Positions 9,086-18,441 of a DNA stretch of 64,000 nucleotides are shown one piece after another. The notes beneath the pieces were generated by a model that worked only from the letters and a program-made list of their open reading frames with translations, searched no databases and was not told where the DNA came from. Both the position numbers and the translations under genes were made by a program. The DNA is from an uncultured delta proteobacterium (GTDB lineage: Bacteria; Myxococcota_A; UBA9160; UBA4427), in NCBI GenBank assembly GCA_963822965.1, contig CAWGJT010000005.1, positions 1,568,001-1,632,000 on the forward strand. The letters are read 5' to 3'. Numbering within the stretch: position 1 is the stretch's first letter; each line of letters begins with the position of its first letter.

Positions 9086-10546
9086 ATGAGCACCCCGCTT
9101 CGATTCCACGCGTTCGCCGCACTCTGCGCCGCGTCGCTCGCGATCGCGTCCATCGCGACGGCACCGGCGGCGTTCGCCCAGTCGTTCGACGGAGCGCAGT
9201 CCGACATCGACAAGCGCCTCTCCCGCTCGCTGGAGGAGCTGAGCAGCGTCCGCGACCGGATCGCCAAGGAGAAGATCCCGCTCTCGAAGGCGGTCTCCCG
9301 CCTGGAGGACCAGGTCCTCGCCCTGCGCCAGCAGAAGGACCGCTTGCTGAAGATCCGGGACAGCCGCACCGTCGACCTCAGCTCGCTGCGCGCGCAGGTC
9401 CGCTCGCTGAAGGAGCAGGACGAGTTCGTGACGAGCCGGCTGGACGAGTTCGTGCGCGACTTCGAGAGCCGGCTCGACATCAGCGAGCTGCCCCGGTACG
9501 AGAAGCTCACCTCGGCCGCAGAGCTCGCGGACAAGAACGTGAACCTCGACGCGGGGCAGAAGCGCGGCGCGCGAATCGCCGTCGTCGAGGCGGCGCTCGG
9601 CCGTCTGCAGGACCAGCTCGGGGGCCAGGTGTACCCGGGCGACGCCCTCAGTCCGCAGGGCGTCCTCACCCCCGGCAAGTTCGTCTCCCTCGGCCCCGTG
9701 GTGCTCTACGCGAGCGACGACGGCAAGGTGACGGGCCTGGTGGAGAACCAGCTCAACGCCGCCGATCCCGTGGTCGTCGAGATGCCGAGCGGCTTCCACG
9801 ACGGAATCCTCGCGGTCGCGAGCACGGGGCGCGGCGAGCTGCCCTTCGACGCCACGCTCGGCAAGGCGCTCAAGGTCGAGCGGGCCCGCAAGACCCTGAT
9901 GCAGTACATCGACGACGGCGGCTACGTGGGGTACGTGATCATCGCGCTGGGCATCTCCGCGCTGCTGCTGACGCTCTTCAAGGCCATCGAGATCCTGGGC
10001 TTCGAGGTCGCCCGACCGGGGGACGTGGACGGCATCCTGAGCGAGCTGGCGCACGGCAGCCTGGAAGCGGCGGCGCGCAAGGCCCAGCAGGTGAAGGGCA
10101 TCGCGGGCGAGATGCTGAAGTCGGGGGTGCTGCACGCCGAGGAGTCCCGCTCGGTGCTCGAGGAGCTGCTCTTCGAGAAGATCCTGCGCGTGCGCCCGGC
10201 CCTCGAGCGCTTCCTGCCCTTCCTCGCCATCACCGCCGCCGCGTCTCCGCTCCTGGGGCTGCTCGGAACGGTGATCGGCATGATCAAGACCTTCCAGCTC
10301 ATCACGATCTTCGGCACCGGCGACGCCAAGAGCCTCTCCTCGGGCATCTCCGAGGCGCTCATCACGACGGCGCTCGGGCTGATCGTCGCGATCCCCACCC
10401 TGATCCTGCACGGCGCCCTCTCGCGCATGGCGAAGCGGAAGCTCGGCCTGCTGGAAGAGCTGTCGGTGGCGTTCGTGAACGGCGTCTCCGCCATCCGGCC
10501 CACCCGCAAGCACCTGGCACCCACCCGGGAGCTTCCGGATGGATAG
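9086..10546 (+). CDS. ttpC: Long MotA/TolQ/ExbB proton-channel protein (TtpC-like)
   Basis: Signal peptide, large periplasmic coiled coil, LPFDATLG, then a C-terminal ExbB domain with SPLLGLLGTVIGMIKTF and GISEALITTALGLIVAIP. Confidence 0.8.
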   Translation: MSTPLRFHAFAALCAASLAIASIATAPAAFAQSFDGAQSDIDKRLSRSLEELSSVRDRIAKEKIPLSKAVSRLEDQVLALRQQKDRLLKIRDSRTVDLSSLRAQVRSLKEQDEFVTSRLDEFVRDFESRLDISELPRYEKLTSAAELADKNVNLDAGQKRGARIAVVEAALGRLQDQLGGQVYPGDALSPQGVLTPGKFVSLGPVVLYASDDGKVTGLVENQLNAADPVVVEMPSGFHDGILAVASTGRGELPFDATLGKALKVERARKTLMQYIDDGGYVGYVIIALGISALLLTLFKAIEILGFEVARPGDVDGILSELAHGSLEAAARKAQQVKGIAGEMLKSGVLHAEESRSVLEELLFEKILRVRPALERFLPFLAITAAASPLLGLLGTVIGMIKTFQLITIFGTGDAKSLSSGISEALITTALGLIVAIPTLILHGALSRMAKRKLGLLEELSVAFVNGVSAIRPTRKHLAPTRELPDG

Positions 10547-11121
10547 AATCTGGCAGATCTGGCTGAGCGGCGGCTGGGTGATGATCCCGCTCTTCGCCCT
10601 CGCCGTGCTGCTCTACGCCCAGGCCTTCCAGCTCGTGATGTACGTCCGACGGACGAACCTGAGCGGCAAGCAGGAGGCCGAGTGGTGGGAGTGGGTGCAC
10701 AACCCCGAGCGCGCCCGGGGCCGCGTGGCCGAGATCATCGAGTACACGCAGAACGGCGTGAGCTCCGCCAAGCAGATCCGCGACCGCTTCGACGAGATTC
10801 GTCTCGCCCTGGTGGCGCTGATCGACCGGCGCGCCCGCTTCGTGGCCACCCTGGTCGCGGCCGCGCCCCTGCTGGGCCTGCTCGGCACGGTCCTCGGCAT
10901 GCTGCAGACCTTCTTCGGCATCTCCACCAGCGGCGGCACCGAGACCGCCGGCGTGGTGGCCGCGGGCATCTCGGAGGCGCTGGTGACGACCCAGACGGGC
11001 CTCACCGATCGCGCTGCCGGGCCTCTTCATCGTGATGGTCATCCAGCGCCGGCGACACAGCCTCGAGGCGAAGCTCGCGCGCCTCGAGAGCCTCACCCTC
11101 GGCCAGCTCAAGTACGAGTAG
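10539..11121 (+). CDS. exbB: MotA/TolQ/ExbB proton-channel protein (one apparent +1 frameshift near 11006)
   Basis: APLLGLLGTVLGMLQTF and GISEALVTTQTGL. Removing one base near 11006 continues IALPGLFIVMVIQRR...LKYE* to TAG 11121. Confidence 0.85.
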
Positions 11122-11133
11122 ACCGGATCGAAC

Positions 11134-11535
11134 ATGGCACGACGCAGCATCCTCAGCGAAGAAGACCCGACCCAGATCGATCTCTCCCCGATGATCGACT
11201 GCATCTTCATCCTGCTGATCTTCTTCATCGTGACGACCGTGTTCGTCGAGGAGAAGGGTATGCCAGGTGAACAAGCCCGACGCGGCGGCCTCCGCCTCGC
11301 GGAAGAGCAGGAGAACGTCGTGATCGAAATCACGGCGGAGAACGAGATCCGTTTCCAGAACAGCCCGATTCCCCTGGCCGACGTGGCGGGTCGGGTGAAG
11401 GGCAGCGTCACGGGTGCCGACACGCCGGTCGTCATCCGCGTCAACGAGAAGTCGAAGTACGGAACCTTCGTCGCCGTCTGGGACGCCGCCAAACGGGGCG
11501 GCGCGGCGACCCTGAGCTTCAGCACGGTCAACTAG
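11134..11535 (+). CDS. exbD: Biopolymer transporter ExbD (copy 1)
   Basis: IDLSPMIDCIFILLIFFIVTTVF TM segment with the conserved Asp. Confidence 0.9.
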   Translation: MARRSILSEEDPTQIDLSPMIDCIFILLIFFIVTTVFVEEKGMPGEQARRGGLRLAEEQENVVIEITAENEIRFQNSPIPLADVAGRVKGSVTGADTPVVIRVNEKSKYGTFVAVWDAAKRGGAATLSFSTVN

Positions 11536-11580
11536 CGATGACCGCCTCCCGCCGGGAGACGACCCCCGAGAGAGCCCACC

Positions 11581-11985
11581 ATGCCCCACCGATCCCTGAT
11601 GAACGAGCCGGACGACTCGACGGCAATCGACCTCTCGCCGATGATCGACTGCATCTTCATCCTGCTCATCTTCTTCATCGTGACGACGGTCTTCGTCGAG
11701 GAGCCGGGCGTCCAGGTCTACAAGCCCGACGCCACCGTCGACGCGAAGCTCGAGAAGAACAGCATCATCATCGCCATCACCGCCGACAACAAGATCGTCT
11801 ACGGGGGCAAGGAGCTCGGCGTGGCCGGCGTGGGCGCCCGCGTGCGGCAGCTCCTGACCAAGGACGAGCTGCCCGTGATCATCCAGGCCGACGCCCGCGC
11901 GGAGCAGGGCGTCTTCTCCGACGTGTGGAGCGAGGTGAAGAACGCCGGGGCGAAGAAGATCAGCGTCTCCACGCGGAACGACTGA
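11581..11985 (+). CDS. exbD: Biopolymer transporter ExbD (copy 2)
   Basis: IDLSPMIDCIFILLIFFIVTTVF; VIIQADARA...KNAGAKKISVST. Confidence 0.9.
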   Translation: MPHRSLMNEPDDSTAIDLSPMIDCIFILLIFFIVTTVFVEEPGVQVYKPDATVDAKLEKNSIIIAITADNKIVYGGKELGVAGVGARVRQLLTKDELPVIIQADARAEQGVFSDVWSEVKNAGAKKISVSTRND

Positions 11986-12010
11986 GCGCGGGAGGACCGA
12001 TCGAAGCGCG

Positions 12011-12670
12011 ATGGATCCGAGAACCTATCACCTGCCTCCCGACCGAGCCGAGCTGCCCATCAGCGTGGTGCTGGGGGTCGCGTTCGCCGTGGCCCTCTTC
12101 GTCGTGATGGCGCTGGCCCAGATGATGGGCGCCGTGAAGGCGCCGGTGAAGTCCATCGAGGAGACGATCGTCGCCTACCAGCCGCCGGAGGTCCTGGAGC
12201 TGGAAGAAGAGGAGCCGCCGCCGCCCGAGGAGGAGGAGCCGCCGCCGGAGCTCGAGCGGGAGCCCCCGCAGCTCTCCCTGGCGCAGCTCGACATCGCGCT
12301 CAACCCGGGAACCGGCGGCTCGCTGGTGGGCGACTTCGCGATGCCCACGATCGGCACGTCCGCCCGTGACCTCGGCACCGAGGACTTCGTGGACTTCTCG
12401 GACCTCGACCAGATGCCGCGGCCCGTGGGCGCCTCCCTCGACTTCCCGAGCCGGCTCAAGCGGAAGAAGGTGGACGGCCGGGTGGTGCTGCTGATCAAGC
12501 TCGGCGAGGACGGACGCGTGCTCGACGTCCAGGTCGACTCGTCCACCCTGCCGGAATTCGACGACGTCGTGGTGCGCCAGGTCGCCGACTGGCGCTTCAC
12601 GCCGCCCACCCAGCAGGGCCGGCCCGTGAAGGCGCAGGCCCGTCTGCCCATCCCGATCCGCATCCAATAG
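12011..12670 (+). CDS. tonB: Energy transducer TonB
   Basis: N-terminal TM helix, Glu/Pro linker EEEEPPPPEEEEPPP, TonB C-domain FPSRLKRKKVDGRV...WRFTPPTQQGRPV. Confidence 0.9.
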   Translation: MDPRTYHLPPDRAELPISVVLGVAFAVALFVVMALAQMMGAVKAPVKSIEETIVAYQPPEVLELEEEEPPPPEEEEPPPELEREPPQLSLAQLDIALNPGTGGSLVGDFAMPTIGTSARDLGTEDFVDFSDLDQMPRPVGASLDFPSRLKRKKVDGRVVLLIKLGEDGRVLDVQVDSSTLPEFDDVVVRQVADWRFTPPTQQGRPVKAQARLPIPIRIQ

Positions 12671-12707
12671 CCAGGCGTGAATTGGCCAACAGGCAACAGG
12701 TGACCCG

Positions 12708-14114
12708 ATGACGAAGGCCCGCTTCTCGCTCTCTCCGTTCTCCCTCCTCTCTCGTCACCGCCGTGCCTTGCTCGTGGTCGCGCTGCTCTGCGGCCTGGCC
12801 CCGTCGGCGACGGCCCAGTTCCAGCCGTGGAAGGGGTCGTCGGTGCTCGACGATCCCGAGTGGCGGAAGAGCTTCCTGGGAAGCTACGGCTTCCTCTCCG
12901 GCGCCGAGCCCCAGATCGCGCAGAGCGAGCTCGCCCTGCTGCGCGAGGTGATCGACCTGATGAAGGTCAACCCCCGCGCGGCCGCCACCATGCTCTCCCA
13001 GAAGATGACGCCCGAGAGCAGCGCCGCGCTCGACTTCATCCTGGCGAACCTCGACTTCCAGAACGGGCAGCAGGAGCAGGCGATCCAGCACTACCAGAAC
13101 GCGCTCCAGAAGTTCCCCGACTTCCGCCGGGCCCACAAGAATCTCGGCCTGCTGCTGGTCCAGCGCAGCGACTTCCAGGGCGGCCTCGAGCATCTGGCGA
13201 AGGCCGTGGAGCTCGGCGATCGGGACGGCCGCAGCTACGGCCTCATGGGCTACTGCTACGTCAACCTCGAGAAGTACGTGGCCGCGGAGAGCGCCTACCG
13301 CAACGCCATCCTGCAGCAGCCCGACGTGCGGGACTGGAAGCTCGGCCTGGCGCGCTCGCTGCTCGCCATGGAGCGCCACAAGGAGGCCGTCGCGCTCTTC
13401 GCCGAGCTCATCGAGGCGAATCCCGACGACGCCACGGCGTGGATGCTGCAGGCCAACGCCTACATCGGCCTCGACCAACCCATGGCCGCCGCCGTCAACC
13501 TGGAGACGGTGCGCGCCATGGACAAGGCCGAGACGAGCAGCCTCGTCCTCCTGGGCGACATCTACATGAACCAGGGAATGCCGGACCTGGCGGCAAGCGC
13601 CTACCTCGAGGTGATCGACCACGACCAGGAGAACGTCCGGTTCAGCACCGCCTATCGAGCCGCCGAGCTGCTGATCCGCGCGCGGGCCTTCGAGCAGGCC
13701 GAGAAGATCCTCGCCACCATCGACACCCGCTACGCCAAGCGGCTCTCCCAGGACGAGGAGCTGCAGGTGCTCACCCTGCGGGCGAAGGTGGCTCGCGCCC
13801 GGGGACGGGACCTCGAAGCCGCCAAGCTGCTCGAATCCATCGTGCACCGGGACGGCACCCGCGGCGACGCCCTGCTCGAGCTCGCCGCCTATCACCGCGG
13901 CAAGGGAAACGACGAGAAGGCGCTCCTGATGATCGAGCGCGCCGAGAAGCTCGACGCCTTCGAGTACCAGGCACTCCTCGACCATGCCCAGGTGATGGTC
14001 TCCGAGCGCGACTACGCGAAGGCGGCCCAGCTCCTGCGGCGCGCGCTCGCCATCGAGAACGAGCCCCGGGTGGAGAGCTTCCTGGCGCGGGTCGAAGAGG
14101 CCGGCCGGCGCTGA
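12708..14114 (+). CDS. Periplasmic tetratricopeptide repeat protein (TtpD-like)
   Basis: Signal peptide and multiple TPR motifs (AIQHYQNALQKFPDFRRAHKNLG, AESAYRNAILQQPD); last gene of the TonB operon. Confidence 0.85.
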   Translation: MTKARFSLSPFSLLSRHRRALLVVALLCGLAPSATAQFQPWKGSSVLDDPEWRKSFLGSYGFLSGAEPQIAQSELALLREVIDLMKVNPRAAATMLSQKMTPESSAALDFILANLDFQNGQQEQAIQHYQNALQKFPDFRRAHKNLGLLLVQRSDFQGGLEHLAKAVELGDRDGRSYGLMGYCYVNLEKYVAAESAYRNAILQQPDVRDWKLGLARSLLAMERHKEAVALFAELIEANPDDATAWMLQANAYIGLDQPMAAAVNLETVRAMDKAETSSLVLLGDIYMNQGMPDLAASAYLEVIDHDQENVRFSTAYRAAELLIRARAFEQAEKILATIDTRYAKRLSQDEELQVLTLRAKVARARGRDLEAAKLLESIVHRDGTRGDALLELAAYHRGKGNDEKALLMIERAEKLDAFEYQALLDHAQVMVSERDYAKAAQLLRRALAIENEPRVESFLARVEEAGRR

Positions 14115-14220
14115 CGAATCCTGCGGCTTCGTCGGCTGGCCGAGGCAGCCCGTCGGGCTCCGGAGCCGCGACCCGAGAATCCGTCTTGAATCGCGCGCCT
14201 GGCCGTCCGGGCCGATCGCT

Positions 14221-15795
14221 TCACGGAAGGGGCACGAGCACGAGGGCCTGGTCGGCGCCGAGGCGACCCGGGTACTCCCCCCCCTCGCCCCGGCCGTCGC
14301 TGGCGATCTCCACGCGATGCCGGCCCGGCGGAGCGAAGGCCGCCGGGGCGTCGCCGAAGTTCACGACGACGAGGCGGGCGTCTTCGCCCTCCCGCGGCAG
14401 GCTGCGACGGAAGGCCAGCACGTCGCCCGACGCGTCGAGCAGCTCGAAGCCGCCGCGGCGCAGCGCCGGCGAGCGCCTTCGCGCCGCGAGCAGCCTCCGG
14501 TAGAGGTGCAGGATCGAGCCTGGATCCTCGCGCAGGCTCTCGACGTTGCGGCTGGCCGCGTCGGACGGCCAGGGCAGCCACGGATCCCCCGTCCCCCAGC
14601 CGTGTCCCGACCCGGGCTGCCACGGGATGGGCGCGCGACAGCCGTCGCGGCCGCCGGGATCGACCACGCGCTGCTTGGGGACCTCCGCGTCCTCGAGGCC
14701 CAGCTCCTCGCCCGCATAGAGAAAGGGGGTTCCGCGCAGGCCCAGGAGCAGCACCGCCGCGGCCCGAGCGCGCGCCTCGCTGCCATAGCGCGTGCGATGG
14801 CGGGGATTGTCGTGGTTGGAGAGCACCCAGGTGGGCCAGGCGTCCAACGGATCCAGCAGGGAGACCGTCTGGGTGATCCGCTCGCGCCACGCGGAGGCCT
14901 GCCACGGCGCGTACAGGGGCGGGAAGTTGAACGACAGGTGCAGCTCGTCCCCGTTGCCGTAGTAGGGGGCCACCCGCGCCGTGTCCAGCAGGTACACCTC
15001 GCCGACCATCACGCGATCGCCGGGGTACTCCTCGAGCACGCGGCGGATGTCCCGCAGCAGCGGGTGGACGCGCTCGTCGTCGTTGAGCGCGCAGGCGGGA
15101 ATGCGGGCCAGGTTCTCGGGCAGGTCGGGCAGCGCCGGGTCCTTGCCGATGCAGTGGATCACGTCCATGCGGAAGCCGTCGACGCCGCGGTCCAGCCAGA
15201 AGCGCAGGGTGTCGTGCATGGCCGCTACCACCCCGGGATGGCTCCAGTCGAGATCGGGCTGCTCGTCCAGGAAGAGATGCAGGTACCACTGCCCGGTGGT
15301 CTCGTCCCACGTCCAGGCGGGGCCGCCCGTGAAGGCGGCACGCCAGTTGTTGGGGGGCCGGTCGGGCGTGCCGTCCCGCCAGACGTACCAGTCGCGCTTG
15401 CCGGCGGCTCGTGAGGAGCGCGACTCGCGGAACCACGGGTGCTGGTCGCTCGTATGGTTGGGCACCCAGTCGATCAGCACGCGCAGGCCGCACGCGTGGG
15501 CGTCGACGAGCAGCTGGTCGAAGGCCGCGAGGTCGCCGAAGAGCGGATCGACGTCGCAGTAGTCCGAGACGTCGTAGCCGAAGTCCTTCATGGGGGATCG
15601 GAAGAAGGGCGAGATCCAGATCGCATCGACGCCGAGCCAGACGAGATGGTCGAGATGACGCCGGATGCCCTCCAGGTCGCCGATTCCGTCGCCGTCGCTG
15701 TCGCAGAAGCTGCGCGGGTAGATCTGGTAGACGACGGCGTCCTTCCACCAGGGGACGCGGTCGGCGTCGGATGTGCTCAATCCTCGATCTCCCAC
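14221..15795 (-). CDS. GH13 alpha-glucosidase / oligo-1,6-glucosidase family
   Basis: WWKDAVVYQIYPRSFCDSDGDGIGDL, DFGYDVSDY, DWVPNHTS, GVDGFRMDV (catalytic Asp), VGEV, SNHD. Confidence 0.93.
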   Translation of the reverse strand: MGDRGLSTSDADRVPWWKDAVVYQIYPRSFCDSDGDGIGDLEGIRRHLDHLVWLGVDAIWISPFFRSPMKDFGYDVSDYCDVDPLFGDLAAFDQLLVDAHACGLRVLIDWVPNHTSDQHPWFRESRSSRAAGKRDWYVWRDGTPDRPPNNWRAAFTGGPAWTWDETTGQWYLHLFLDEQPDLDWSHPGVVAAMHDTLRFWLDRGVDGFRMDVIHCIGKDPALPDLPENLARIPACALNDDERVHPLLRDIRRVLEEYPGDRVMVGEVYLLDTARVAPYYGNGDELHLSFNFPPLYAPWQASAWRERITQTVSLLDPLDAWPTWVLSNHDNPRHRTRYGSEARARAAAVLLLGLRGTPFLYAGEELGLEDAEVPKQRVVDPGGRDGCRAPIPWQPGSGHGWGTGDPWLPWPSDAASRNVESLREDPGSILHLYRRLLAARRRSPALRRGGFELLDASGDVLAFRRSLPREGEDARLVVVNFGDAPAAFAPPGRHRVEIASDGRGEGGEYPGRLGADQALVLVPLP

Positions 15796-15808
15796 CTCGG
15801 GCTCCGCC

Positions 15809-16552
15809 TCAGGTCGTGACGGAGCCGCCGTTCAGCTGCAGGGTCTGTCCCGTCATCCAGCCGGCCTCGTTCGAGGCGAGATAGACGCAGCAGGCGCCGA
15901 CCTCGTCGGGGTCCCCCAGGCGGCCGACGGGCACCGTGCCCGCCAGCATCGGGACGGCTTCCTTCGGCACGTTGTTCATCAGGCCCAGCGCCACGCTGTT
16001 GGCGGTGACGCCGTCCCGGGCCACCTCCAGGGCGAGGTTGCGCATGAAGCCCAGGCCGCCGCCCTTGCCCGCCCCGTAGGCGGCGACGCCGATGCCGGTA
16101 CCCGCGGTTCCCGCACCCGACGAGATGGTGATGATGCGGCCGAAGCCCCGGTCGCACATGCCGTCCAGCACGGCCTTGCAGCAGTGCAGTACGCCGTAGA
16201 GATTCACGTCGACGTAGGGTGCCCAGTCGAGGGGCCCGGTGTCGCGAAACTTCGTCATCCCCATGCCCGCCGGGATGCCCGCGTTGTTGACGAGGACGTC
16301 GACAGGACCGAGCGCGGCCTCGACGGCGGCGACGCCGGCCGTCACGGCCTCGAAGTCGGTGACGTCGAACGGAGACGGCTCCGCGCGACCGCCCGCGTTT
16401 CGAATCGCAGCCGCGGTCTCGCGCGCCCGCTCCTCGGCGCGGTCGTTGATCGCCACCGCCGCGCCCTGCCGCGCGAGCTGGCGTGCGATGCCCGCGCCCA
16501 CGCCCTGCCCGGCCCCGGTCACCAGAGCCACCCTGCCTGCCAGATCGAACAC
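15809..16552 (-). CDS. SDR family oxidoreductase (FabG-like)
   Basis: TGAGQGVG, NNAG, YGAGK catalytic motif. GTG 16552 is preceded by GGAGGAG (alternative ATG 16570). Confidence 0.9.
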   Translation of the reverse strand: MFDLAGRVALVTGAGQGVGAGIARQLARQGAAVAINDRAEERARETAAAIRNAGGRAEPSPFDVTDFEAVTAGVAAVEAALGPVDVLVNNAGIPAGMGMTKFRDTGPLDWAPYVDVNLYGVLHCCKAVLDGMCDRGFGRIITISSGAGTAGTGIGVAAYGAGKGGGLGFMRNLALEVARDGVTANSVALGLMNNVPKEAVPMLAGTVPVGRLGDPDEVGACCVYLASNEAGWMTGQTLQLNGGSVTT

Positions 16553-16740
16553 GGGCTCCTCCCGACGCATGCGGTCCCGCGTTCGCGGGCGCGAGCCGGG
16601 AGACTACGCGCCTCCCGGCAGGCGATGCAAACCGACGGGCGTGAACGCCGCCCGGTCCCCGGCCCTTTGCAGGCCGAATGGTTCCCCTACCCTTTCCGCT
16701 TGACCGAATTCCGCGTGATCGAACGCCAGGGAGCTTCCGC

Positions 16741-17643
16741 GTGACCGAATCCCACAGCGCCGGGGAGCGGGCCAGGTCTTTCCGGGTCTGCGCCGCCGCC
16801 TACGCGGTCGCCTTCGCCGTCGCCTGGGCGACCGCCGCCCTCGTCCCCACCCGCGACCCGGTGTGGATCGCCTTCTGGGCCGACGTCGCCGCCACCGTGG
16901 CGATCTTCGGCTTCAGCTTCGCCTACGACAACTCGAGCTTCTACGACGCCTACTGGAGCGTCGCCCCGATCCCGATCGCCCTCTACTGGCTGCTCGCGCC
17001 GGGGGGAGGCCAGGGACCGTGGCTGCGCGAAGCGCTCGTGCTCGCGCTCGTCGGGGCCTGGGGAGTCCGACTCACCTGGAACTGGGCGCGCGGCTGGCAG
17101 GGCCTCTCCCACGAGGACTGGCGATACGTCGACAAGCGTCACGAGACCGGAAGGCTCTACTGGCTGGTGAGCTTCGCGGGGCTGCACATGATGCCCACGC
17201 TGCTCGTCTTCGCGGGCTGCCTCGCCCTGTACCCCGCGCTGGCAACCGGCACCCGTCCCTTCGGCGTGATCGACCTGGCCGCCGCCGCGCTCACGGCCAC
17301 GGCCATCTGGCTCGAGGGCACCGCGGACAACCAGCTCCGGCGTTTCCGGCTGAGCCAGCCGCCGCCCCAGGCGATCCTCGAGACGGGGCTGTGGGGACGC
17401 TGCCGCCACCCGAACTACCTGGGCGAGATCCTCTTCTGGTGGGGGCTCTTCGGCTTCGCGCTGGCAGCCGCACCCGGCACCTGGATGTGGACCGGTGCCG
17501 GCGCGCTCGCCATCACCCTGCTCTTCCGCTTCATCAGCCTGCCGCTCATCGACAACCGAATGCTTGCGCGGCGCCCCGACTACAAGCGGCGGATGGAGAC
17601 GACCCCGGCGCTGATCCCGCGGCCGGGGCGCAGCCAGGGCTAA
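16741..17643 (+). CDS. DUF1295 / steroid 5-alpha-reductase-like membrane protein
   Basis: NSSFYDAYWS, WGVRLTWNW, EDWRY, ADNQLRRF, GLWGRCRHPNYLGEILFWWG. Confidence 0.88.
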   Translation: MTESHSAGERARSFRVCAAAYAVAFAVAWATAALVPTRDPVWIAFWADVAATVAIFGFSFAYDNSSFYDAYWSVAPIPIALYWLLAPGGGQGPWLREALVLALVGAWGVRLTWNWARGWQGLSHEDWRYVDKRHETGRLYWLVSFAGLHMMPTLLVFAGCLALYPALATGTRPFGVIDLAAAALTATAIWLEGTADNQLRRFRLSQPPPQAILETGLWGRCRHPNYLGEILFWWGLFGFALAAAPGTWMWTGAGALAITLLFRFISLPLIDNRMLARRPDYKRRMETTPALIPRPGRSQG

Positions 17644-17670
17644 GCCCTGATCCGTCATACGGATCAGGGC
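17644..17670 (+). terminator. Hairpin immediately after the DUF1295 stop
   Basis: Perfect 12-bp stem GCCCTGATCCGT-CAT-ACGGATCAGGGC. Confidence 0.5.
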
Positions 17671-17702
17671 GCCTTCGTGTGGCCCGTCCCGGCACGATCC
17701 GA

Positions 17703-17732
17703 TTGACGCGAAGGCGGCGAGGGCCTTAGGCT
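17703..17732 (+). promoter_or_regulatory. Putative sigma70-type promoter for the gene at 17817
   Basis: TTGACG-N18-TAGGCT. Confidence 0.45.
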
Positions 17733-17816
17733 GGCCGTTGCGGGTAACCCGTCCTGGGGACACCCGGGCCGCGTACCCGAAGCGAGGCAGCGGACTCGCA
17801 AAGGCTGAGGCCCACC

Positions 17817-18233
17817 ATGAACAGGACGATCGGATCCCTCTCGATCATCGCAGCATTCGTCGCAGGAACGATGGCCGCCGGGGCGGTGGTTTCCGCCTCC
17901 CAAGGGGTGCCCTTCAAGAGCGTCTGGAGTGCAATCTCCCAGCTGGAGCAGGAGACCGACGACCTGAGCGCGAGCCAGATCCTCGGCTTCTACCAGGTCG
18001 ACGACAGCTTCTCCGGCAACGGCGGCCTTCTCAGCCTCTCGCCCCGATGCGATCCGGGAGACGTGGTCGTGGGTGGCGGTGCGAGCAACAGCGCGGGAGT
18101 CGGCTCGGTGCAGGTGAGCGTGCCACGCCAGGATCAGGAAGGCTGGCTGGCCGCCTGGCGAGCCTCCGACCCCGAGGTCTTCTACAACTGCCGTGCGGTC
18201 TGCGCGGACTACGACCCGCCGCACATGCCCTGA
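17817..18233 (+). CDS. Small secreted Cys-containing hypothetical protein
   Basis: Signal peptide, short amphipathic helix, then C.PGDVVVGGG...S.P...GW...CRAVCA domain. Confidence 0.7.
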   Translation: MNRTIGSLSIIAAFVAGTMAAGAVVSASQGVPFKSVWSAISQLEQETDDLSASQILGFYQVDDSFSGNGGLLSLSPRCDPGDVVVGGGASNSAGVGSVQVSVPRQDQEGWLAAWRASDPEVFYNCRAVCADYDPPHMP

Positions 18234-18441
18234 GCTTCTCGAGGCTTCGATCGGTCGCGCTCCCACCGGGTGACACCAGCGGCTTGGCTCGCCGCCGAAG
18301 CACGCCGCGTCGTGGTGCTTCGGAGCGACCTACCGGCGTGTCGGTCGGACGAGCTCGCATCACCGACTCCCGACTTCGTGGCCTTTAGCTTGTCTCGCGA
18401 GACGCTATGGTTGCGATCGTAGCAGCGATCGCAACGGAGAC

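Noticed and set aside
17735..17816. Riboswitch in the leader of the small secreted protein
   Set aside because: GC-rich pairing is possible, but I could not match the conserved cores of c-di-GMP, c-di-AMP, cobalamin, TPP or SAM riboswitches. An Rfam scan would settle it.
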